Source of the DNA: Octopus bimaculoides
Taxonomy: Eukaryota
Direction of reading: 5' to 3'
NCBI RefSeq assembly: GCF_001194135.2
Contig: NC_068995.1
Coordinates: 24,038,394 to 24,102,393 of the forward strand
DNA length: 64,000 nucleotides
Positions 1 through 9,728 of the stretch are shown in pieces. Under the pieces are notes generated by a model. It worked only from the letters and a program-made list of their open reading frames with translations, searched no databases and was not told where the DNA came from. Numbering within the stretch: the stretch's first letter is position 1; each line of letters begins with the position of its first letter. The position numbers were made by a program, and so were the translations under genes.

Positions 1-11
1 TGAGAGAGAGA

Positions 12-498
12 GTTTGTTTTGTTTATGGCCGTGTTCTTACCCGGGTCGGAGCAACAAAGTCTCTCCGCCACACTGCTCGGTTCAACATCACTGCCTCGAG
101 GTTCTGAATACATTCCAGACCAATGTGTGCGGTCAAGTTGTCGATATAGGGCATGCAGTGACCAGGTAGTGGCAGCCGTCATTGCCTGATTTCGCTAACT
201 TTCGGCAGGTCTCCATAAAAGCATTTGTCTGTCATATGTTGCTGTCATTTCACATTTAGGAACAATCGTAGCATCCATCTAGCCTGTTTGATAATTTCTT
301 TGTCGGTGTCCATGTTTCATGCCATACAATATCACTGATTCGACAATTGCAACGAACAGCTTGATTTTGAATAGCCTGGGCAATTTGGAGTTCCAGGCCT
401 TTAATTTGTGACAGGTTGTTCAAGCTTGTGCCTTCCTGATCTTGACGTCTGCTTCCGAACTGCTCACCTAAACACCTAAGTCCTTGAAGTTATCAAGA
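12..498 (-). mobile_element. RTE-clade LINE, decayed 3' part of the ORF (end of RT and downstream region)
   Basis: Minus-strand translation gives LDNFKDLGV..SSSEADVKIRKAQA..HKLKAWNSKLPRLFKIKLFVAIVESVILYGMETW, matching the RTE F.YLG / LLYG.ETW blocks; contains stops. Confidence 0.8.
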
Positions 499-845
499 GG
501 TGCAATCGGGATGAAATAATACTAGATTTTGCGAATAAGCTCAGGTAGAACCAGGAAAATACAGATCAGTGGTGCCAGATTGACTTGATACCAATTCCAA
601 AGTCAGGAAATCTCAGCAATGAAACTAACTACAAAGGAGTTGCACTGTCCAATATCTAACACAGTTATCAACCGAATGATCCTCAACAGGATTCAACCGG
701 TGCTTGATAGCCATCTGAGACCAAATCAAAATGGATTTAGACCAGAAAGATCTTAGCCCTGAGGTGTACCATAGGAGTTAAACCAAGGCAGCTACCTGCC
801 ATTATGACTTTCGTGGACTTCAGCAAAGTGTTTGACAGCATTCAA
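499..845 (+). mobile_element. RTE-clade LINE RT N-terminal fragment, inverted relative to 12-498
   Basis: Plus-strand translation DEIILDFANKL..QWCQIDLIPIPKSGNLSNETNYKGVALS..VINRMILNRIQPVLDSHLRPNQNGFRPERS..LPAIMTFVDFSKVFDSI covers RT domains 0-3. Confidence 0.85.
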
Positions 846-880
846 AAGAATAAAAGAATATATATATATATATATATATA

Positions 881-1764
881 CGTCATTTGATCAATAAGTG
901 TCCGGACTGTTATCATACTAACGAAAACGAAACTAAAGCATGCAGAGTAAAACTGCTTGGCACAGACTGGCCTTGAACTCTGCTGTGCATGCGCACTAGG
1001 TTTTAACGTTCTAGCTCACTTCCGCTGTTTACAGCAGTGCCTGGAAGGAATGTGTGTAGCGTGTCAGCGTCGCATTGACTATGAATCTGCATCAAATTTT
1101 GCCAAAAATTCGACGATACTTGCTCAGAGGCTTACTAAAAGTTGCAGAAAGTGTATGCCGGAGAGAGAAAATGGGCCGAAAAAAAGTCGATAGTGACGAA
1201 CGTTCTGGGAGAGCCGCAACCAACGGAACTAAGAAAAACATCGCAGATGTGCGTGCAGCTGTGAGGGGAAATAGTGGAATCACCATCTGTGAGTTATCAG
1301 AGGATGTGCAGATTAGTTACGGTTCAGTTCAGCCTATTATCACTGAAGATTTTGGTATGAGACGCGTGTCTGCCAAATCTGCACCAAACTGCTTGCAGCT
1401 GACAAAGCACTTGCCCATTCAGCGCAGCTTGTGCAGCAGTTTTCGGCTAGGCACAACATTCCCCAGGCCCGACAGCCACCGTATTCACCAGATCTCGCCC
1501 CTTGCGGCTTTTCCTCTTTCCAAAACTCAAACTTGAAAGGAAGAAAATTTCAGGACGTCGAGGAAACCAATGTGAATGCGACGAGGCAGCTGCTGATTAT
1601 CCCAGAATGATTATTTCGGGAATGCTTCCATCAATGGAAACAGCACTGGATTAAGTGTGTGGCTTCTGAAAGTGATTACTTTGAAGGAGATTAAATGACA
1701 AATTGGTACGTAATGCAGTTTTGCTTTTACAGCACCAGTCCGGGTACTCATTCATTAGACCTCG
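881..1764 (+). mobile_element. Internally deleted mariner (Tc1/mariner) element
   Basis: Imperfect TIRs at 881-909 (cgtcatttgatcaataagtgtccggactg) and 1736-1764. Transposase remnants: ICELSEDVQISYGSVQPIITEDFGMRRVSAKS, YSPDLAPCGF, FHQWKQHWIKCVASESDYFEGD*. Confidence 0.88.
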
Positions 1765-1798
1765 CGTGTATGTGTGTGCGCGCGCACATGTGTGAGCG

Positions 1799-1852
<54 letters not shown>

Positions 1853-2870
1853 CTCTAATTGGGCAATACTATATGTTGTTCCCTCTATAACCACTACATC
1901 TTTATACACACAAACACACGCACATACACAACACACGTGCGCGCGCGCGCACACACACACAAAACACAACACAACACATTTTCCTGTCTATCTTTATTTC
2001 GGCTATAGGATGAAAAGACAAAATTTGGCTACTATTCTTTCTAGAACGGCTAACCACTTACACATACGTTCGTTACCTAACATATATATTACATATTTAT
2101 ACAGGATGAATTTATAATATATACATTTTTTTCTTAACACATATCGTTATTGAATAATGAGATACATTAATAATCCCTCTGCAATGGAGTGTTTTTGAAA
2201 TTTGGACAGTCTCGGTATCAGAATGAAACCTGCGATCAGTCGATCCTGTCTCACCATTGTAAACCTAATTCTGATGACTGACTTTCTGGTATTTTGTTAC
2301 GTAAACACATGCAGCAATATCTATGGAAAGGCACGAGAGTTTAAAGTACCTCAGTTTAGATGTCGTAAGATGAAACTAACTGTTTGTTTCAATTACCTAG
2401 ACATAAGCCGTTTGCTAAATGGAATAGACAAGAATTTAGAACTATTAGGAGTTTATGTTCATGCATATTTTGCTTGTTTTGACAGTGACGTCGAAACAGA
2501 ATACTTTCAGAGGGTAGCTATGTAGGTAATAGGTTATTTAAGATGGTAAATCCTCAGCAAAGATAGATTTTATGGATGAAGTTACACTGTCGGCAGTGAT
2601 ATTCAATGTATCTCCTAAGCATTCTTCCTTTTTTATATTTACTTACAAGCTAAAATTACAATAAGCAATGTATGTATGCTTATAGGTATCCATTAGTCGA
2701 TAATACAATGTATTAAATAACAATGATTGTTTGTATTTACAATATTTATCATGTCTTTACGCTAAACAAGTGCGCTTGTTTGTATATTTAAGTGCATGTG
2801 CGTATGTGTGTGTGTGCATACTATGAGAATTTCCTAGTTTGTTTTTGTTATTCGTATGCTGTTATTTTAT

Positions 2871-2897
2871 AGATAGATAGATAGATAGATACATACA

Positions 2898-2931
<34 letters not shown>

Positions 2932-2973
2932 CATACATACATACATACATATATACATACATACATACATAAA

Positions 2974-3030
<57 letters not shown>
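2871..3030. repeat. Compound microsatellite (ATAG)n(ATAC)n..(TG)n, representative of dozens in the window
   Basis: Seen directly. Similar tracts at about 1807-1848, 4335-4553, 9628-9727, 35350-35453, 45563-45777, 47537-47690, 59087-59197 and 61795-62080. Confidence 0.97.
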
Positions 3031-3035
<5 letters not shown>

Positions 3036-3117
3036 CGTGTGCGTGGGTGGGTGTGTATAAGAAACTAGTACGTTAGAAAATCTCAGTTCGAGATAGAAAC
3101 AGTATACGAATCAGAGA

Positions 3118-3389
3118 GTATTGTTTATGGCCACTTTAATGTGGCTGTCCTCTAAGAGACGACGATACTGTCATTTAACCCCAGGAAGACGTTTCCGCCA
3201 GCTGGTTTATTCAGTGGGCTTCTCGGACTCGATGTTTATTGCAAGCAGGAGATAACTCCTACCACCCTAGCACTGAGACCAACAGACCACGTGGTTTCAA
3301 TCTTAGCTGGTGGAGCGTCTTTTGGGGGTTAAATGGCAGCTTCCACGTCCCTTAGAAGACAGCCACATTAAAGTTGCCATAAACAGTAC
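3118..3389. repeat. Foldback element with about 85-bp inverted arms
   Basis: 3118-3203 (gtattgtttatggccactttaatgtggctgtcctctaag...ccgccagct) is the reverse complement of 3305-3389 with scattered mismatches. Confidence 0.9.
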
Positions 3390-3650
3390 TGTTTAATTCG
3401 TATACTGCTTCAATCTCGACTAGAAATTTATTTTCTAACGGACTAGTTTCCTGTCTTTTTTGTATATTGCAAGTAAGGTTAAACTGCTGCCATGCCTGGC
3501 CAACGAGTACCCACCACTGAGGAGACCCAATACAGATTGAAACTACGTGTTCTGGCCAGGGTGGCAGGAGTTATCTCTCGTTTGCAATAAATATCGAGTG
3601 CGAGAAACGGATAGGGGACAGCCAAATAAAAGCGGCGATAAACAATACTT
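3390..3650 (+). mobile_element. Penelope-like pLTR remnant with degenerate minimal hammerhead motif
   Basis: 3514-3555 reads cca-CTGAGGA-gacccaatacagatt-GAAA-c-tacgtg-ttc-tgg. 3535-3610 is an inverted copy of about 3215-3302. Confidence 0.55.
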
Positions 3651-3777
3651 NNNNNNNNNNNNNNNNNNNNNNNNNNNNNNNNNNNNNNNNNNNNNNNNNN
3701 NNNNNNNNNNNNNNNNNNNNNNNNNNNNNNNNNNNNNNNNNNNNNNNNNNNNNNNNNNNNNNNNNNNNNNNNNNNNN

Positions 3778-4229
3778 ATGAGGGGAAGTTAAGAATTATC
3801 CGCACTTTCGCCATAAAATCTTTATTATTGTTACAATACCTTCTCTCGCATGCGTTCTTATAGTTGGTACTATTGTGGTAATGTAAGTGAAATTTGAGCC
3901 TGATCACGCCATTTTTCTTTCTGGCTTTACAGTGTAAGCATGGGTGATCCATTAGCAATGTGTACCAAAGAAGAACAAAGAGAATTGATTCGATTTCTCC
4001 GCTAGAAAGGTGTGTCAGGTGCTGAAATTCATCGGAGGCTTTTAGCACAATACGGGGACAGTGCACTACCGCGTAGGAGTGTGTATGAGTGAATCGAGAG
4101 GTTTAAAAGAGGCCGAACAAGCTTGACAAACAAAAAGGAGCCGGATGCCCGTCAACCTCCACCACTGACGAGAAGATTCAACATACTCCAGAGATGGTAA
4201 TGGTAAACCGCTTCACCATTACCATCTCT
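3778..4229 (+). mobile_element. Mariner 5' fragment (TIR plus transposase N-terminus)
   Basis: Begins atgaggggaagttaagaattatccgca (TIR-like). Translation MGDPLAMCTKEEQRELIRFLR*KGVSGAEIHRRLLAQYGDSALPRRSVYE..RFKRGRTSL is a mariner HTH region. Confidence 0.85.
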
Positions 4230-4445
4230 CGGATTGCTGCTCTTTGTATAAGTACTAGATGTAGTTTACGAGTTTATACCCTACGCAGTCGTATACCCAA
4301 CGGTACACACAATAAAATATTATAGAAACGGACATACACACAGACAAACAGACACACACACGCACACACACACACACACACACTCAGACAGACATACAGA
4401 CAGACATACAGACAGACATACAGACAGACATACAGACAGACATAC

Positions 4446-4523
<78 letters not shown>

Positions 4524-4642
4524 GTAGGTAGGTAGGTAGATAGATAGATAGATAAAGTGTGTATTTATAGGGAGGGAGAGAAAGTATATTTAAACCGGTC
4601 TTAAATTCCTGTGACCTGTTACTTAGGAGGTGCCACACTCAG

Positions 4643-5053
4643 TACCCCTGCTCCTGCCCACGCTGCCGCACTTGCCCTTATCTCTCCAACACCACCATCC
4701 ACATAGGCACCCATCATCGACCCTATGATATCACTGACTCCTTCAGCTGCACTTTTCGCAACGTCATCTACTGCATTTCCTGCTCGCTCTGCCCTTCTCT
4801 AAACATTGGTCAAACTGGACGCCGCTTGGCTGATCGGTTCGCGAAACAGCTCCGAGACATCCGAGTAGGCAACGACACCCCAGTCTCGCGACGTTTCCGC
4901 GCTATCGGTCACTCTCTACAACAGCTGTCTGTGTTCGGATTGTTCTTGCACAGGGGCCATCCAGACTCCCATCTTCACCGTGAGCAGGGACTAATCTTCT
5001 CTCTTCGCTCCTTTGCACCACATGAGCTCAACTCTCCTTCCCTCTTCATCTAA
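4643..5053 (+). mobile_element. Penelope-like element GIY-YIG endonuclease domain, open frame of about 136 codons
   Basis: YPCSCPRCRTCPY..FSCTFRNVIYCISCSLCPSLNIGQTGRRLADRFAKQLRDIRVGNDTPVSRRF..REQGLIFSLRSFAPHELN shows the CxxCxxC, VIY..IG.T and PxGLN-like pattern; several catalytic-region substitutions. Confidence 0.9.
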
Positions 5054-5249
5054 CCCTCCTTCTCTCTCCTCTCTTCCTCTCACACCTACTTCCTCCCACG
5101 CACCTCTCCTCTCTTGCTCTGGCACCTACTTCCTTTCTTCACCCCTACCCACCTTCTCCTTTCCACCCTCTCCCTTCATTGTCACCTCCTCCCTTGTTAC
5201 TCAAACCCTCTACATTCTAACCCCACCCTTGCTTCCTCACTCTCGCCTT

Positions 5250-5560
5250 CTCCACACCCCAACACCACCACACCACCACACACACCACCACACCACCACA
5301 CCACCACACACACCACCACACCACACACCACCACACCACACACCACCACACCATACACCACCACACCACACACCACGACACCACACACCACCACACCACA
5401 CACCACCACACCACACACCACCATACCACACACCACCACACACTAGCACTAACCACTTCCCAGCAACCACACCAGTGAACACACTAGCACTAACTACTTC
5501 CCAGCAACCACACCAGTGAACACACTAGCACTAACCACTTCCCAGCACCTACACCATCAT
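5250..5560 (+). repeat. C/A-rich minisatellites in the PLE 3' region (about 15-bp caccacaccacacac units; 39-bp unit x about 2.6)
   Basis: Seen directly; the 39-bp unit cactagcactaaccacttcccagcaaccacaccagtgaa lies at about 5441-5545. Confidence 0.9.
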
Positions 5561-5659
5561 CCACACACCTACACATGCACACACGCACACTTCAATGTCA
5601 CCAGCCCCCTTCCACACGTACGCACACGCACATACACGCTCTCACATACACACGCTCGC

Positions 5660-5890
5660 ACACCTTCGTCTTGAGATCACCACCAATTTATTATTTCCCC
5701 TTCTTCCTAGCTTTCCTGTTTACCCCTTCTGTCCGGCATTCGCCATGATAGATCGCTAGCCACTATACCTTCTTCTATTTTCTCTCCGTTTAATTCTGTG
5801 TTCCTGTCTGCCGAAGAGCGTAGGCTCAAAACGTAAAAGAGTTTCTCACTAAAACTAATATATCTATTTGTTGTTAACACACCCGTCTTC
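5660..5890 (+). mobile_element. PLE pLTR/3' end with decayed hammerhead-like motif
   Basis: 5808-5834 reads CTGccGA-a-gagc-gtag-gctc-aAAAcgt, downstream of the GIY-YIG ORF; related sequence at 42560-42760. Confidence 0.55.
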
Positions 5891-6841
5891 GTCTTTTGTT
5901 TGTTTTTGTTTTTTAATTCTAACTAATATTAGGCTCATTTGACTTATCACATCAAGCGGTTACACGTCGTGGACATTCCAGAGTAACATACCGGCGTAAA
6001 TAAACTGCTGTACGCTACGATAACAATGCACTCACACACACTCACACACAATCATACATGCATACACACACAGGCACACACATACATACACATACAAATA
6101 CGAGCGTACTTATGACCTGAACTGTATATAAAAATATCCATTATAAAATAGCGAATATTTACCATGCTATTTTTGATACATGTGAAAGTAATTGTCCATA
6201 TAATAATTATAGTGTTGGTCATTCGTGAATTACAATGCTTCTATCGAAATGCACAAAGGTTTCAAAGGTTTGATACAATAAACTATGCGTTATCTTTCCA
6301 TTAGCAAAATTGCTCATACCTTTAATAAACTTAATTTCCTTTTAAGTTTAATCTACCCTTGAATCAGTGATCTTATATTGTTTATTGACCATGGAGTTAG
6401 TCTTAAATGTTCTGTTTATATTTTCTCTTCATGCTTTTATATTTAATTTTTGCTTTACTATGTTCTGATGCTTGTGAACAAATATTATGTCACACTATCC
6501 ACTGATGTTTCGTTTCTCTTCAATAACTTGGCTTTTTCATCTTAGATAAGTTTAAATACACACGCACACACATTCATTCATACATACATACACACACACA
6601 CACACAAATACACATATAATTATATTTATGTACACAAACACACACGCACACTTATATATACACACACACACACACATACACACACACACACATAAAATTA
6701 ATACAGACAACAATGTGCAATGTTTCACCTCCAAAAAGTAAAACAATAACTGTCACTAAATATGACTAGGGTGTTGGAACACCTACATTGTTAGAAATAA
6801 GAACTAAAAAGCTCTAATGTTGTAGTTGAAGCATATATTGT

Positions 6842-6997
6842 ATACATATGTACTGACAGGGACTGTAATCGCCCGAAATCACCGATCGAGAATTCCCTAT
6901 ACTGATCGGTCAGTTTCGGCTAATTCCGTAGCCTCATCAGTAGGGACCGCTCGACTCAGTTTCTTCCGGACTTAATTCTCCGTCAGTACATATGTAT
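6842..6997 (-). mobile_element. 156-bp element with 16-bp perfect terminal inverted repeats enclosing a hammerhead ribozyme (retrozyme/PLE-derived candidate)
   Basis: atacatatgtactgac at 6842-6857 and its exact reverse complement at 6982-6997; the interior is self-complementary on the minus strand. Confidence 0.7.
6894..6946 (-). ncRNA. Type I hammerhead ribozyme, complete canonical core
   Basis: Minus strand: UCCCUA-CUGAUGA-GGCUA(cggaau)UAGCC-GAAA-CUGA(ccga)UCAG-UA^UAGGGA. All three helices are Watson-Crick; GUA cleavage triplet, with the cut between plus-strand positions 6900 and 6899. Confidence 0.9.
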
Positions 6998-7102
6998 TCA
7001 CCATAAAAATTCATGGATAATTTAGCGAATTGCTAATTTGTATATATCTATATATATAATGTATATATATCGATGTAGTGTATTCTTCTTTAATACACTA
7101 TG

Positions 7103-7600
7103 CAGGGTGTTTGGGGGCTGAATGTGAGTTTGCATAAAAGGAAAATAAAAAGCAATAAAAGTATTTTAAAAAGTCAGAAAATGTAAACTGGGAAACAACA
7201 GTTTACTCAATAGCCACCTCTGCTTCCACCATTGCTTCAAGACGGCTCCAGAATGAACCTGGGGCATTCGTTCCTCACTGTTTCTCTGAGATCATTGAAC
7301 ACTTCTTAGATCTTGGGCACCAGCTCTGCCTTGGTGTTGCAGATAGAGCCGTTGGTGTCTTTCTCAACTGCTTCCCACTCAGTTATCTATGGGATTACAA
7401 TTGGGAGAATTAGGAGTCCAGTAGTTGATGTAGGTGAAGTCGTAGAAACTTTCCGACAGCCACTTCTGATCCTTTACGGAGGCATGATAATGGAGTCAAA
7501 TCCTGCAACTTTACAGACCGAACTCTATCCAGTCAGAGATTGACCTAGTTTCAAGCAGCTTCCTATGGGCGTCTGCATAGATCCTAAGACCCCGTTCAAG
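7103..7600 (-). mobile_element. Tc1/mariner (maT/DD37D-like) transposase C-terminal remnant with right TIR
   Basis: Minus-strand QQD...KWLSESFYDFT..YWTPNSPNCNP.DN..WEAVEKDTN..CNTKAELV; cagggtg TIR-like end at 7103; same family type as 63444-64000. Confidence 0.75.
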
Positions 7601-7857
7601 GATTAGGGATGAATACAGGCGTGCAGACGCAATCAGAACACCTGCTGTGTCCCTACTTTCGCAGTTTCGTAGTATCTGTCGCAGCTGTCAATGTCACGTC
7701 TTACAGTATTTACTGTGTTCGCAAAACATTGAGTAGCAAATATGATGTCGGCATTTTAATACCCACCGCAAATCATGATACAGGAAATTCTTTACAATTT
7801 TCAGTACTCCACTTCAGTTAACATTTTCTCAACTACAACTTTGATCTTTATGCTCTC

Positions 7858-8180
7858 TGGCTGTGTGGTAAGTAGCTTGCTTACTAACCACACGGTTCTG
7901 GGTTCATTCCTAGTCCGTGGCATCTTGGCATCTTGGGCAAGTGTCTTCTACTATAGCCTCAGGTCGACCAAAGCCTTGTGAGTAGATTCGGTAGACGGAA
8001 ACTGAAAGAAGCCCGTCGTATATTTGTATACTTATATAGAAGCCCGTCGTATATTTGTATACTTATATAGAAGCCNNNNNNNNNNAAGACCGATAGCATA
8101 AGTACTAAGCTTACAAAGTATAAGTCCTGGGGTTGATTTGCTCCAGCATGGTCACTGTCAAATGACTGAAACAATTAAAG
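7858..8180 (+). mobile_element. tRNA-derived SINE family B (CORE-like ccttgggcaagtg body), spans a 10-N gap
   Basis: ggctgtgtggtaagtagcttgc..gggttca..ttgggcaagtgtcttctactatagcctcaggtcgaccaaagccttgtgag..; shared with copies at 50226, 52200 and 54825. Confidence 0.85.
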
Positions 8181-9329
8181 AAGAAACGAGAAAACACGCC
8201 GTTGACTTTTCTCCAAGTATCAAGTGATTCTTGAAAAAGGAAACATAAAAAAGGCTCATAATACCAGTACTCCGAGTTTCTTGCTTCCGATCATTCAGCT
8301 GGTAATCAGAGAATGTTCTCTCTTGAATTTATCTGTTCTTTGAATATATTTCAAAATGCCATATGAAGATTTTGAAGACAACTCTTATCTTTATGGGGTT
8401 TTTTACGCAAATCGTGCAAGCGAAACACACAAAAACAGCTGATGCAAGCTCAAATTTTTGTTTCATTTTTGGCATTTGTGAGAATACTACAAATGTCTTC
8501 AACCTTATTCAAGCGATTTCATCCTAAATACTGTCCGCAGAAAATTGCGCTTTTAATTAAGTAATATGTTTAGTAATAATTATATTACTATGCTAAAATG
8601 ACATTTTAAAATAATTTGTAAAATTTGCAATATTTTAAAAACTCTGTATGTGTGCGTTGTGAGTGTTTATTTTGGGGTAGATTCTTTTAAACTCAACGCC
8701 TTTACTCCTCGAACCAGGATGAGACAAATACCTGCATAAAGGTTACATATACCCGACCAAACAAGAAACTACTCACAATTTATCCTTGTAATTCAAATTA
8801 CAGCTTTGATTTGGATCTATCAATCCTGGATGGCTTGCCTTGTCTACATTCCTTGGCTACATTGCTTTGTCTACATTGAAATCACGAGGAAACAATATAC
8901 ATTTAGACAAGCCGAAGTTTGTGTTTCTAGAAGACAAATTTTGAATGGCATTTCAGTTGTCCTAACATATATGTTAGATTCAACGGTGTTGTTTGTTTCT
9001 ACTTTCGCGCTGTGTACTTCTACTTTCTCGTCAGTGCTCGATCAACATACTCAATTGGAACATAGAAGCTCGCTTAATAACATAGGTTAAGGTATTATCG
9101 ATGCATAGAAGAGACATGTCATTTAGACAGATTACAGAGGCCACACATATAGTGATAGAAAGATAGTGCCTCAACAGAAAACATGAATGGAACAACAACG
9201 CCCCCTCCACCAACACACTACGCAACACGATGACTAAAGACAAAAGGGGGGGAAACGTCACAGATACATACAGCATAATACATACTCATATACACACACA
9301 TACACATACTTAAGTTGAAATTGAAGGAA

Positions 9330-9545
9330 AAAAGAGACAAATAAATTGAAGAAAAAACTATATGAGGGCCACGGATATAAACAATATAGACATGTGGGAT
9401 GGAAGTATCGCTGATAAAGTCATATGTGTGTGACGAAAGATTTCTAGACAATGGACATAAGTTAAAAATAAGAACAATTATAAACGAGTGAAGAACGAAT
9501 ATATAGTGCGTGTGTTTGTTTGGCAAAAAAAAGGCCTTTCCGAAA
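9330..9545. mobile_element. Single arm of the palindromic MITE-like family seen at 25208-25585
   Basis: gtgtgacgaaagatttctagacaatggacat..aaacgagtgaagaacgaatatatagtgcgtgtgtttgtttggcaaaa matches 25455-25570. Confidence 0.75.
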
Positions 9546-9648
9546 TATAATAATATGTATATGTATGTGTGTGTGTATGTGTGTGTGTGTGCGTCTGTCA
9601 GTCTGTGCGCGCGTGCGTGTGTGTGTGGAGATAGATAGATAGATAGAC

Positions 9649-9682
<34 letters not shown>

Positions 9683-9683
9683 G

Positions 9684-9728
<45 letters not shown>

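Noticed and set aside
2202-2525. 107-aa ORF with a hydrophobic N-terminus, faintly like a receptor ectodomain
   Set aside because: TTG start and no conserved motif; by rough estimate a few stop-free frames of this length are expected by chance in 64 kb.
4164-4185. cca-CTGACGA-gaagattc, a hammerhead-like start
   Set aside because: No GAAA or helix III follows; it is mariner coding sequence (TTDEKIQ).
5013-5519. His/Pro/Thr-rich ORFs on both strands
   Set aside because: Products of the ccaca minisatellite in the PLE 3' region.
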